From NCBI GenBank assembly GCA_964304625.1, contig OZ199839.1, positions 10,961,186 through 11,025,185 on the forward strand: a DNA stretch of 64,000 bases, written 5' to 3'. This document shows, piece after piece, positions 1 to 13,280 of the stretch. The translations under genes and the position numbers were made by a program. Below the pieces are notes generated by a model. It was not told where the DNA came from. It was given only the letters and a program-made list of their open reading frames with translations, and made no database searches. Every line of letters begins with the position of its first letter. Position 1 is the stretch's first letter. This DNA comes from Kudoa neothunni (lineage: Eukaryota; Animalia; Cnidaria).

Positions 1-1520
1 AAAAAGGAAGCAGATTTGGCTCGAGAAAAAAATCCAAAAATAAACTCATTGAACATTATCAAGATGTCATTGAGGATGGTAAGTAACCGATTACATTCGA
101 AATTGGATATTGCGTATCATCATCACGGCCTTTATATAATACAAATATCGAACCATGCGCTTATTATTTTAAGTTAAAAATCTTTAGCTAAAAGTGTGTG
201 TTTGTTGAGACAAAATTGTCTCATATTCTTAATTTTCAAAATAATTCACCCCCCTCCTCATCTGCATATTTAGCGAGTGGGTAGATATAAACAAATTAAT
301 CATTGTTAACTCTAAAAAATTAACTTGTATCTTCAACCAATAAAAATTTATTGACGACCAAAATAAACCAAAAATTAACTTGGAAATTTAACTATTTTAG
401 GTCAAACTCCATACCTGAAAACCTGTTCTTTACTTATCCTCCTAACAGATAAAAGCTAAATAATGCCTAGATATGAGTATTTGGTTACGAATACGTAAAA
501 TTTCGTAAGTCTTAATTGGCACCTCACATCATTAGATAAGATTTCGTCGTAAGTTCTTTTTTATGAAGTTTACGAAGTAATCGAACATAAGTTATTTTTT
601 ATCCTGCAAAATGTTGTACATTGTCTTCATTGAACTATTCAAACATCTCTTCACCCTTGTTTAAATATTCAACATTCAATCGATTTTTACATAATATCCA
701 ACGATGGTTTAAGAAAACATATGTATTTTTGAATTAAAATAAAACCCCCCATCAACTTGAACTATTTCAAATATCACGTTAGAGTTGAATTATTTCATTT
801 TTTAAATTATCACACTACTCAATCCACATAATGAACAGAATATTACTTAATAATGAGATATTGCCATACAGACAAAACACCCTATCAGTTAATTTCTAAT
901 CCAATATTGTACAAATAAGATCAACAAATTAGACTCTAATTTCTCCATGTATACAATTGCGATTATTATTATCATTATTTGAATTATAGTTAATCTCGAT
1001 TAAATAATACTAACCACTTAAACTTGCTTATATTTAGACTTTGACACGCAATATCCAATCTCAACTGCAGTTGTTAGGTTGTGGTTCTGTTTAATCGATT
1101 AAATACTATTGGTAGAATTGCGCGAACACGGAACCGGTTATTTTAAATTTTCTACCAACGAGCAGGAAAGAGAGTCTCAACTTGATCAACTGAACCAACT
1201 GCGACGCAACACAGTACAAGAACGAGAGAAGGCCGACCAAATATTACAAAGTCGGCGTGACGCAATCAATAAGCGTCTTAATGGCTGTTAGAAAACGTCG
1301 TAATATGGCGTCCAATGATGACGTATCAATTACAAATCAATCCACCTCGCAAACAAAATACGAGCCACAACCATGTGCTTCCACAACTTCGGCAAATCAT
1401 TGTTCCGAAGATTTAATTAATGATTTATTCGCCAACAGAAAGATTCTAACAATTCTGAATAGCCTATACAATAACTTCACATATAATTGTTTATATTTCC
1501 ACCTTCTCAAGTGTATATAG
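1..1520 (+). CDS. CCDC174: Coiled-coil domain-containing protein 174 homolog, 3' part (last two exons)
   Basis: Exon 1-78 (...LIEHYQDVIED, donor GTAAGT at 79) splices to the exon at about 1116 (ELREHGTGYFKFSTNEQERESQLDQLNQLRRNTVQER...KRL). This resembles the CCDC174 motif [33 protein letters not shown]. Two apparent 1-nt indels (A-run at 26-32; about 1278) make the stop position uncertain. Confidence 0.7.
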
Positions 1521-1600
1521 TTACGATTTGAAGTGTTATTTCATGAGTCATTTTGATTATAATTCTTCGGTTATTGTCGTTAATATCGCTTGCAACTAAT

Positions 1601-2348
1601 ATGACAGAAGGTAGTTGATTAAATGTTCGTTTATCAGCCACACAATGTTAATTGTGGTATAAAATTATTATTAATACAACGCCAATAGACGACATTAAGG
1701 TGGCTGGTAAAACATTGCGCGATTCCAATGGACTTATAGTCCAAAACATTGAAAATATAGTAATACACTCGTGTTCATTTTCATTGATTGTTGTTTGTAC
1801 ATTTGAAATTCCACATTTAGAATATCAAAGAGTTGAATCCTTTACACAGCGGAATTCTAAGTAGACAAGCCACCATTAATATCGGTAAGTGGCGTGTGTC
1901 TGATGGCTGATTTCAACTTAATTTTGTCATTTGAAGGTACAATTGGACATGTAGCTCATGGAAAATCGACTGTAGTGAAAGCTATATCGGGCGTTCAAGT
2001 AACTATTCACGATGAACAATGCATTTGTTGTTGTTGTTTTCGCGCCAACTCTACTCAATTTAGACTGTTCGTTTCAAAAACGAATTGGAACGCAATATCA
2101 CCATCAAGTTAGGTTATGCTAATGCCAAGGTGATTCTAATTGTTATCTATTATCAACTCACCCAACTGTATATGATATTTGTTTAGATATTTAAATGTGA
2201 CAATAAAGATTGTCCTGCTCCTGGATGTTATTGCGCTCGTGGAAGTGCTCATCCAGATGTATTTCAATGTACTCGACCTGGATGTACTGGTAGTTTTTGT
2301 ATTGTGAGACATGTTTCTTTTGTCGACTGCCCTGGGCATGATATTCTC

Positions 2349-2386
<38 letters not shown>

Positions 2387-3864
2387 TGCGCTGTTGCTCA
2401 TTGCTGGTAACGAATCCTGTCCCCAGCCTCAAACTGCCGAACATTTGGCTGCAATCGAAGTTATGAAGTTGAGCTGTCTCATTATACTTCAAAACAAAAT
2501 CGATCTCATCAAACAGAAACAGGCCGAAGAACAATATGGTCAAATTACCAAATTTATTAAAGGCACTGTTGCTGAGAACTCTCCTGTGATACCTATTTCC
2601 GCTCAATTCAAATACAATATTGACGCGGTTTGTGAATACATTGTGAATTGTATTCCTGTGCCGGTGAGAAATTATGAAGCTCCAGCACGGCTTATTATCG
2701 TTCGTTCTTTTGATGTGAACAAACCCGGATGCGAGGTTGATGATCTGAGGGGTGGTGTTGCCGGAGGTAGCATCACTCAGGGAATATTACGCGTTGGTCA
2801 GGAGATTGAAATACGCCCTGGTGTCATCTCCAAGGACAGCAAAGGAAACCTTCGTTGTAAACCTATTCGCAGCAAAATAATATCTTTGTGCGCCGAGAAA
2901 ACTGATCTCTCATACGCCACTCCCGGTGGTCTCATAGGTTAGTTGCTTGTATTTAATGCCTAAAAATTAATAGTTACTATTATTGGATTGGTCTTTATTG
3001 ATTTCATCCAAATATTAAGCTCCCTTGTGCGTACCCTTTAAATTTAATCTCAGTGATTTCAGATTATTTTGAGGTTTAAGATGCAACTGATTTTTATAAT
3101 CTGTAATAAATAAATTATGGATTTTCAAAGTTGTTTACCCTCTTACAGGCCAAAATTAATGAATAATAGTAAATGCTACGTACGTGGGAGATTAAGTTTT
3201 TATGAGTCATTAGACCTCTTCAGTAATAATATTTTTTGCACAAGCGCTGCGATTTTTCTACTCGTCTAATTTCCAACAGTTGATTAATTTTATCCATCAT
3301 TGCCAGGTGTTGGTACCACTGTTGATCCTGCATTATGTCGTGGTGATCGAATGGTTGGCCAGGTAACTACAATCGATTTACTATAACTCTTGGCATTCAC
3401 TACTGTAGTGTTATAAAGAGTGTTGTTTTAAATGATTCGAGAATGAACATTGTTATTTAGTTACTTGGACAAATCAACGGTTTACCTCCAGTCTATTCAT
3501 ATGTGGAAATCAATTTTGTGTTGTTGAGAAGGTATTTAGGTGTGAAAACAGAAGGTGATCAAAAAGCCGCGAAAGTATCTTATCTTAAAGCACAAAATTT
3601 ATCCACGGTTGTTTTATTTGTTCCAACTAGATTAGTGGCCTCAAAAAAGGAGACACCTTGTTGGTGAATATTGGATCGTTATCTACCGGTTGTAAAGTTA
3701 TGTACGCGAAAAGCGACCTTGCCAAATTAACTCTCACGCAACCGGTCTGTACAGAACTCAATGAACGTATCGCTCTCAGTAGAAAACTTGATGATCATTG
3801 GCGACTTATTGGATGGGGTACCATCATATCAGGAGCTGTGATTGAAACATTGCCTGCCACTTAA
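1601..3864 (+). CDS. EIF2S3: Eukaryotic translation initiation factor 2 subunit gamma, 9 exons
   Basis: ATG at 1601. Spliced translation gives [79 protein letters not shown] and HWRLIGWG. All introns are GT-AG. Confidence 0.97.
3015..3195. mobile_element. Possible ~180-bp TTAA-flanked MITE in the long EIF2S3 intron
   Basis: TTAAGCTCCCTTGTGCGTA at 3015 versus the reverse complement TTAATCTCCCACGTACGTA ending at 3195, an imperfect inverted pair. This intron is about 370 nt versus 55-100 nt for the others. Confidence 0.35.
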
Positions 3865-4149
3865 TTTAAACCCACCCGCACACTTCCACACATCACGATT
3901 CTTATTCTCACCCTCCAAATTATACACAAAAATATTGTTCATATTTAGATTAGATTCATTGCTTTTTGTTATACTTAGCACACTTCTAACACTTGAAATT
4001 TTGATTTTCTTACCGCCAATATTCACGTTATAATTAAGGGAATGCAATTTCGATTAAGTCAGTTTTGACCGATTTTAATCGTCGAATTGGAAGAAATTGG
4101 TCGGTTTTTATTTTTATAATCGAAAAAAACGGTTTCCGTTGAAAGAGAC

Positions 4150-4890
4150 GTTCAAACATTTGAAAATGGGAAGGTGCGGCGTGAAGTTACTAATTTCTTG
4201 GTGAAATGGAACGATTTCGAAGCCATTGAGGATCTACAGACCGTAACTAGTGCAAAGAACTTAACTAATTTTTGGAGCTACAATCTGATAGCCTTCATAT
4301 TTTTATCTTGTCAATCAATTTTGTAATGATGTTCCACTGCGTTGTATGATTTCTCAAAATTAACAGAAACAAACGAGAATTTTATATCACGAATTATTGG
4401 CTTCGTTCCTTTTGAATTTTGGAACAATTTGATATTTAAATGTGAAAATTCGTGTGATGCCACAAATGAAGAAATCAATCGATCAATACTCAAAAATTTG
4501 GAGGAAACTTTTCCTTCTCTTAAAATTTTTTCATCTATGAAATATATTGATCCATACATTCCAGTTATTATTGATGAATTAAATGTTGATTATTTTTATG
4601 ACTTTTCAGAAGGTAGAGAGAATACAGAGGTTGATAGCGAGTATTACATGTTATGTGTAATGATAAAAAATTCGACTCGACCCTCAAATATTGATTCCTG
4701 AAATAAAATGTGGAATGCATTTCCCGCTCTTTTGAGAATTTATTATGATATATTGATGCCACCAATTTCGTCCGTTGATGTTGAAGGGAGTTTCTCAAGG
4801 TTTAGAAATATATTTGGAAGAGGAGGGATTAATCTTTGTGATGGGCGCCTAACAATGTTCTAAATACTCCATTTTAATGGCCCATGATAA
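4150..4890 (+). mobile_element. Degenerate hAT-superfamily transposase, C-terminal part
   Basis: Broken frame ending ...LMPPISSVDVEGSFSRFRNIF...LTMF*ILHFNG, which resembles the hAT dimerisation motif P..S..ER.FS. Intronless, with stops. Confidence 0.55.
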
Positions 4891-5236
4891 CTAAAATTAG
4901 AATTCTACAATCCATCTTTTTGTAAATTATGAATTTTAATCTTTTATCTAAATACGAGTCGAATTTAAATTTTTTTTATTTCAGTCAATCGTTGGAAAAC
5001 TTACATATAATTTTTACAGATATAATTTACGATGGTTTTTTTAAAAAAGGATAAATTAGTAGTTAATGATCCAAGAAACTTTTCCTCTATGAAAAAGGTC
5101 GCAAAAATAGTAAAATATTCTTCATATTTAATCACGTATGGTAGTGTGGCAAAAAATCAAATTAAATATGTACAGCTAAAGTAATAACACAAGAATTTAA
5201 TTCCTTAGAAATTGCTTTTCAAACGTTAAAAGCTTT

Positions 5237-5760
5237 TTATGTATTCATATTAGTAGGGAGTTGACTGGAATCTGGTTCGTATGTTGTTAACGTTGTACGA
5301 AATAGTTCCGTCGGGTGTTTGTTTCTTTGTTTGTGGGGGATGGATGCGCGATGCTTCGATTTTACAAATTTCATCGTTGAATAACTAAATTCACACCAAC
5401 AAGTTGTTAGAAAAATGGAAAAAAGTTTAAGACCAATTTCTTTTAATTTTAAATATTTAGTTCTGGAACGTATTTCCAAAATTCGCCTGATGAGTTGGAA
5501 TTATGAATCATCTTTAAAGTTTTAATATATGTTTTACTCAATCGATATCAATCACTCTGATAATGGATAAACATTGGTTCTAATTGTATTTCCAAGCGGA
5601 ACTAGTAATAATCTAGTTTCCATCAAATATTAAAATTATATGGTCATTTGTAATTATGTTTTCTAATCAAAAATATTATCTAGTTAACGATTAAGGGATT
5701 GATTTCTTCACTTGGTTAAATAGTTTAAACTTTTGAGTTTTTTCTGAATCAACGCGCTGG
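5237..5760 (-). mobile_element. Degenerate hAT (Buster/SPIN/GTF2IRD2-like) transposase C-terminus
   Basis: TKYLKLKEIGLKLFSIFLTTCWCEFSYSTMKFVKSKHRASI...ELFRTTLTTYEPD matches the Buster-type motif KYP.L...A....S.F.STY.CE..FS.M...KSK.R..L. Confidence 0.7.
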
Positions 5761-6234
5761 TTGAATTTGAAAAAAGTCAATTCAAAAAAAATTTTTCAAG
5801 AGCCACCCTGTACTATAACGATGTGAAAAATCACCGCGGGGACTACTAAGTTTACGAACATTAAATTCAAAAGGCATTCTTTAGGAAATTTACAATAGAA
5901 AACATCAATGTTGCATGCGCATTCTAACTGTGAACCTAATGAAGATTAGGAAAAATATTTTATAGTTGTAATTTGAAACTAATTTTTCCTGTACAATATT
6001 TTTAACCCCTGAAAATTCCGTTGTAAATAAATCTGGATGATTCATGGTGGACAATAGGCATTATTTTGGAAGCTGCACACCAAACTACTTATCATATAAG
6101 TTCGCAATTTCTTTAAATCATAAAAAAACTACAATCCACACCTATTCGACAGATTAATCGAGTCAACTTATTTTACGCATTATCACATGATAAAATAAAC
6201 AGTGAAACCAATTTAAATATTTATATGATAAAAA

Positions 6235-6963
6235 TTATTTTTTCGAAGAACCAAAAGACGAAAATCCCATAACGCGCTCATCTCATCCTTTTCATCTTCC
6301 ATGCCGGCATGAAGATCGCGGTCAAATTGTTCGAGCTGTCGAGCTTTATTAAGTTTTTTCTGTTCTTTCCTGGTGGTTTTCTCCAGTTCATTCTACGCAA
6401 ATTAAACCAACCAATTCAGAAATACGCACTATTACCATAGCTTTCGCAGTGGCAATACTTTCATCAAGGTCATATTCTTTCTTCACTTGATTTTTCTCCT
6501 CAATTTTCCTTTTGGTGATAGCCGCAATACGTTCCTTTACTTGATCGACGTTTGATCTTTCAACTTTCATTGATATACCGAGATTGGCTTGATGTTTGCG
6601 GCCATTAATATGATCCAGAAAATTACTGGAATCACGCAGTGAACAGTCACACACATCACAATAATAGCCTCCATCCGCCATGGCACCGACAGTCGAATTG
6701 ATCACCACACTTTTCCCCACCTGTTTTTCTAAATCTACAAGATATTCTCGGGCCTTAAGTAGTTGAAGAACTGGTTTCTTGGTTTCATTATCGTTGTTGT
6801 CATTATTAGAAGCGGGAGTTGATAATTTGTGTGTTGTTTTAGCTTTACCAGCTTTCAATTTTTCATTGGCTCGTGCTTGTGCTTTTAGGTGGTACTCTGC
6901 GGTGTCCCATTTCCTCCTGAAGTTATCATTTTTGCCTGAGACAGAGGTCCTCTTAGAATCCAT
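6235..6963 (-). CDS. ZMAT2: Zinc finger matrin-type protein 2 (Snu23, spliceosomal B-complex protein), 2 exons
   Basis: FRRKWD, GYYCDVCDCSLRDSSNFLDHINGRKHQANLGISMKVERS. A short intron at about 6393-6435 is followed by a last exon ending MGFSSFGSSKK*, which needs one extra base near 6273. Confidence 0.93.
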
Positions 6964-6991
6964 CCCATTCGCTTAACTTAATTGCGCGCGC

Positions 6992-9900
6992 ATGTCAGTA
7001 AAAATGGGATCAGGGAACAGATTACGATACAGGGGCTACAAAAAAAATGAACCGCATCCAAAGAAGCCACCAAATCAGACTCAAATATTAGAAAAAATGA
7101 AAGTTGTTCATAGAACATTTACAATTGATGCTCACACAGTTGAATATTGATAGGAAGAGGAAATTGCCGCAGCTGCAGTATATCGAGATTATTTGGCCAC
7201 ATTCGCAGACGATTCGAATAATATTGCATCTGATGCTATTGAGAATCCAACTATTTTTGTAAAGAGTGAATCGGTTGTTGATAGAGAAAGTTGTGTGGCG
7301 CCAAAGGAAGGCAATGATTTGGATAATAACCTAGCTGAAGTTGTTGATGAAATTACGAAAACTATAGAAAATGGTTAACCAATTAATCCACATTTGATTC
7401 TTCCCGTATTGATAAATGATGATAAATAGAGGACATTCTGGAAAATCACACTGCCCACAATCTTCCTGCTGAACAATTTCAAAACTCCAATTTTCTGATA
7501 GGAGCTATAGGTGGCACTAATGTGGGTTTTCAATGATTTATTGAAATTTTCAAATTTAGGATTCGTAGAGAAACAAACACTTGAAAAATATAAATCAGAA
7601 GTGGAAAAGGTAGCTTTCATATGTGGCCAACGAGAACTATACGATTTTAGGTTTCTTTTCAATCCACACCCAGCAAGTCAATGAAAAAATCCAAAAGCAA
7701 CTTGGAATCATTCAAGGAAGAGCTAATGATGTATTATGTTGATATTGTCGAATTTTCTCTATTATTACTACATCAGGAAACACATGCTCGATAAGCGATC
7801 CTTAGAATCTACTGATGGTTCGAAACAGTTGGAAAAAGATGGTATTATTTATTTTTATTAGGTTATCATTTTTATAATATTTATTTTCATTATTAGCAAC
7901 CGTCTCCACCAATATTCATATTGGAAATCTTCATCCGGATGTGATTTTTCTTTAGATAGGAGAAAAAAATACAAATCTACTGATATGTATGTGAAATTGT
8001 TGGTTTATATATAGGTGGAGGAAGATGACCTGGTGAAGTTGTTTGGGAGATTCGGTTCGTTGGCAAATATCAAAATTATGCGTCCTCGGCTGGGAGACGA
8101 CAAACCCAAACCTTACAACTATGGTTTTGTCGCGTTTATGGAGAGAGGGCATGCTCTTAATGCAATTAAAAAGTTGAATAGTAATTTTTAAGTTTAATTT
8201 AATCCAATCGAATTATAATCTCTTAAAATTTTTCAATTCCGATAATAATTCGGTATTAAAATCTAAAGATTTTTTGATGGTCGCGAATGTGCATTAAAAT
8301 TGAATTGCGGAGAAATATTTTAAAACATACAAATTAATTTTATTTTATTCAAGGTGGAATAGAGGTTTTTAAATTCTTATATTCCACAATAAATATAATA
8401 ACCTCTAACGACATCTTTTAGAATTAATTTAAAAAAAGTTAATCATTTAATCCGTTAGTGAGTAGTCGTGGTTATTATTGTTGATAAATTTAATCTTATA
8501 ATATTCGCACTTGCGCAATACCATTTTTATGGCGCTGACATGAAAGTTTTTAATCCAAACTGATAAACTACGCTTGCGCGGCGTCCCTTTTTTAACCCCG
8601 GTTACTCCTATTTATAGTTGATCGTTGATCTATAGAGTTTATTTTTTAGAACCTGCTGTATTTAATTAGTTTTGGTCGATCCTAGAGGCCAAGAATAATT
8701 AAACACCGTCAAAACTATACCTACCTGGATATTATGGTCAGTGTAAATAGCCGCATCCTTGTTCATTCTAACAACTATTCTTACAACTATTCTTACGCCA
8801 CATATCAAATTAATAATAGGCGAACTAGTTATAGCTGAATATTATTGTGATTAAAAACAGCGGCATCCTTAATTAGTTAAGACCGTTGTGATAAGTTCCT
8901 ATATAAATTTAATATTGAATACCAAAGGATACGCGAATTTTTTATTCTCATTCATTCTTTTAGTGCTCCAATATAAATTATTTTCTAAATGTTAGTGTAG
9001 ACGATTATTTTTGATCGTTCACATCAACTTTTACCCATTAAGGTAGCGGCTCTTAAATTGGGGTCCTAGTACAAATATATTTAAGGGGATCCGTGGGTGA
9101 TTTCAATAAAATCTGAATCGAATTTTATAACCATACATCCATTATATGTAAGTATCTTTAGTATTAACGAATGTATTAAAAGTTTAAAATATACCATTGC
9201 GCTATTGTTTCTTATAAATATTTTATATTGTTATAAATTATAAGTAAGTTATTTTTTGAAAAAATCTACAAAAAGTAAAAGTCATTTAGTAGGTAATTTG
9301 ATAAAAACTAAGTGTCCAAAAAATATTTTTTAGTGCTGGAAATTATGCATTTAGCATGATTAATCCTTCTGCAATAGTGTATTATTATGTAACTAAATTT
9401 CCAGTTTGATCACCATATAAACAAAATCATGAAGTCGCTTATATGCGATTTGCTCTTTCAACTTTCTTGCCAAAATTCTGTAAACTTATTGGTAAGACTC
9501 AACTAACAGAGTCTCATTAAATATTCTTTTAATGTGCATCGTTTATAAAAAATAGGATGTTTGCATTAGTCTCGCGTTCTATTATATAATCATCCCTCCT
9601 TTGTTAACTGCTTATTTTAAATTAACTCAATAATTAACAAAAATAGAGACTTTTTATAGCAAAAATATTTCGATTATTTATTATAAGACCATTTTTCACT
9701 TGGAAATTTCTTATAGATTCTACATTCAAACCTTTGCATATGTATATATAATAATCTCACTAATTTCGTTAAATTTGTTATTTTAAAACTTATGCGTCAG
9801 TCAATATTTGGTTAGAATTTTAATAATTTCTACTAAAAGTATTGGAATGGATTTTATAGTTGTTAATTAGTTGTTTTAATGCAAAAAATAATTCTTGTCA

Positions 9901-12900
9901 GTGATTAAAAATTTTAAAACAAAAATACTACATTATCAATATTTTAATAAAATGAGAATATTAGACAAATTAAGCTAGACTTTCGGTCCCAAATTTTTAT
10001 TGTTATTTTTCGTAGAGGATTTTTTTTAAATAAAATAATATTAAAATCTTTTTTAGTCTTACCATTAAAGTGAACAGTTGGAACGAAAGGGTTAAAATAT
10101 TTATATGTATAATTGGAGTATACATTAAAACAAGGTGGGGCCCGTGATAAGTCCATTGAACATATTAGTGGTCCGCAAGGAAGAAAGGATGAGAGCCATT
10201 CAACTAAGATTTGCGTGCCGTTTTTATGCAATAAACATTGATTGATATTTTTTAGTCGTATACACTTTTTTAACAATATAAATAATTATGTGTCTATTTT
10301 AATACAATATTTATAATACTATTGTAATATAACTTTAAAATAATTTTATCGTTCAATACGAAAAAATTTTTGCGCTAAGATCAATGAGTTCTAAAGTGGA
10401 TGTTATTTTTATTTCTCTTCACAACTTTCTATATTGGCTCATTATATTCTTATATTGCATTATTATTTCTGTAAATATTGTAGAAACAAGGAATTTAAAA
10501 ATTTTATATGCATTAATTTTTAACGTTCATAATGAAATTATTTTTGAGATTATAAACAGTATGAGATGTTTCTAGTTCGAAAGAAAAATGTACAGTAAAC
10601 AATATAATATATTTAATTTGTTAATTGTTCAATAAATCAATGAGTCTTCTGAAATAAGTTATATTGAAGTTCGCATCTTTTGGAACCCGACAACTTCAAT
10701 ATCATAATATTTAGGCCATTTGACTGGAATCTATCCTAAAAAAACTTTTATGTATGACTATCGAAAGATAAAATTACCAATTTGTAAATCATAACATATG
10801 TAATAAACTTCTACATCCATTATGATTTAGAATAATCTTAAAGTTACTTTTATATCCCAAAAAGTATTTTAATTTTCTTTGATTGAAAATTTTAATATTT
10901 TAACGCAATCGATAATTTCTCCAAGTAACAAGTAGATTTAATAGTGGCTTTGTTATACTACAATTTTGAAGCATAAATATTTTTAAATTTATCAGTAGAA
11001 TCTAAATGTTCAATATCTTGCTGTAGATATATATATATATATATTTTCATACCCTGAATTAATTTATCTGCATACAATTCAAAATAGACTAAAATCTATT
11101 AATAATGACTAGACAGGAGAGTATTTTAACGCGAAAATATTTTTTGTTAACTGTGCATAGATTATAATATTCGAATGGATCCAATTATTGTTATTGAATT
11201 CCAACTTTGATTCATCTTTTTTGTAGAATATCGTCTACGCGGAAATATCATTAATCTAGACTGGGGTCGACCGTTGACTTGTTTTCCTGAGATTCCCTAT
11301 TATGTCTGTGAGACACCATTAGTTTTGAAAGCCGATGGCACGTCTGGGTCAACAAAAGTATTAGTATATTGGATTTAGGCAGTTATAAACTGGGAATAGA
11401 GTTTGAATGACCTTCAAGATAGTCAAGATAGTCAAATAGAAACAATAGATATTAGTATACCTTCTTCGATGTAATCTATTAAATCAAAACCAATCATGGA
11501 TATGATATATCATCTAATAATAGATTAACATTAAAGCGTATCCATGCAATGTGTGAATATGTGATCAATTACGGTCTCCAATTTGAACTAATGGTGATAT
11601 CACGGGAATATCACAACAGGGATTATAAGTAGATCCAATTTGATTTATTCTAATCTATAAATATTCTAACAGATTTTTACATGACACTGATTGTATTGAT
11701 TATAATTATTATCGCTGGAAATTGTTCAGTCTTCTCAAAGTAACAAAAGCAACATAGCAGTTGTCGTTTTAACTGAAACAACAATTACACATAGGAAGGT
11801 TGTGCTGACTATTGGAACACTCAGCCTTGTCAAATTTACAAAGATACCTTCAAAATAAATCCTCCTAAAATTCGGCCAAACAACGATAGCACGTCATTCG
11901 AAAATTTTGGCTTTAGCAGGGAATCGTTTGTAGTTTTTATGAGTTTTCTGCCTGAGAAGTATTTTCAAAATTTTTCTATACACATCTTAACATAATATTA
12001 ATTAATTAATCAAGGATGGCAGCGAAATTGAGTGTTTATTTGAACGCACTAAATGGAAAGAGAAGACCAATCGCTAAAATAACCGTATGGTCTTTGAGAC
12101 ATGCTAATTTTGCTGAAGCAGTATTTTTTGAGTGGTTTGCTATCTTATCAAATAATTTTACCGCCAATAGATTATCGATCAAATAACCTATGTGCTGCTT
12201 AGAGAATCGACTAGTTTAGTCAAAAAGCTAAATTGTTTTTATGTTATTAGTGATCTACTGTTCAATTCTTCAGCTCCTTTACCCAAGGCATATGATTTCA
12301 GAAAAAGGTATTCTTTATGCATTTTCACCTCTGAATAAACATTTTTTCAAACTAGGATAGAATTCATATTACCTGTTGTTGTAATTCATTTGAATGAGAT
12401 TTTGGAGAAAAGCGAAACAACATCCGAAAGAGAATTCATAAAAGTATTTTTCGATACAAAAAATAAACAATATTAGATTCGAATGACGATTTTAGAGCCA
12501 TATTTTACCGTGTTTCAACGCGTGGTACAAATGGGCTATATACAGCCCCAAATTTATTTCATATCTTAAGTGCAGATTCTTAAACGTCGATCCAGCATCT
12601 CTCAATGATGATAATGTATTGTTTCTGTTCAATTTGGATAGAGGAAAAACATAAATTTTTTAAATAGGCCGATAATGAGGTGCCGGAAGAAAAAAATGAT
12701 GGCGGAATTATCTCGGAGGACGATTTGGTTTCAAGTAGCTTAATCTAAGTTGTTTTAATTTGTTTATATCATTTTCCCTAGGTGACATTGATGGTGAACC
12801 TTTCACTCAGGATCTATGTATATTTTTTAGTGATTTTAACTGAGGTAACACTGTATCTTTGTATTTTGTAGTGGCAGAATTTCAACACGAACTACGCATA

Positions 12901-12938
12901 ATACATGGCTCCCTCGTAAATCAATCTCAACAGCAATA
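6992..12938 (+). CDS. U2SURP: U2 snRNP-associated SURP motif-containing protein (SR140), multi-exon, with a ~3-kb repeat-filled intron (about 8181-11226)
   Basis: Exons translate to EEEIAAAAVYRDYLATF and KSNLESFKEEL; an RRM (TNIHIGNLHP...FGRFGSLANIKIMRPR...YGFVAFMER, continuing INLDWGRP after the long intron); a SURP domain (RIHAMCEYVINYGLQFE...YYRWKLFSLL); a CID (FYVISDLLFNSS, CFNAWYKWAIYSP); and DIDGEP. The 3' end is approximate. Confidence 0.9.
9044..10201. mobile_element. Non-autonomous hAT (Buster/Charlie-like) element inside the U2SURP intron, with a nested piggyBac-like end at about 10092
   Basis: Left end TAGCGGCTCTTAAATTGGGGTCC and right end AAAGGATGAGAGCCATTC are degenerate CAGTGGTTCTCAA-type TIRs. 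GGGTCCG-like subterminal motifs occur at both ends. The flanking 8-mers CATTAAGG and AACTAAGA match at 5/8 with a central TA. Confidence 0.5.
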
Positions 12939-13280
12939 ATCCACGTATATATATATACATACATACATACATACGTTTCTGCTTAGTTGATATAACTGTT
13001 TTTACGTTTGTTTATTGTATTTCCAAATATTTATAAATTTCACAGCACCGCGTAGAAAAAATACACAATTATAAACAAAAATATGTATCGTTACTAACAA
13101 AAACAACAGTGCTTTCAATTAGCAACTAATACGAGATCTAACCCATTATAATAAAATGAATAATATTTTGATGAGATGACATTGTGTTAAGTTGTAAAAA
13201 ATTAGTTCATCCCTGGTCTTTCAGACTTTAAGCATTTTCTCCGTACACTAACGCTAGGCCTACTCAAACAAGGATTAGAT

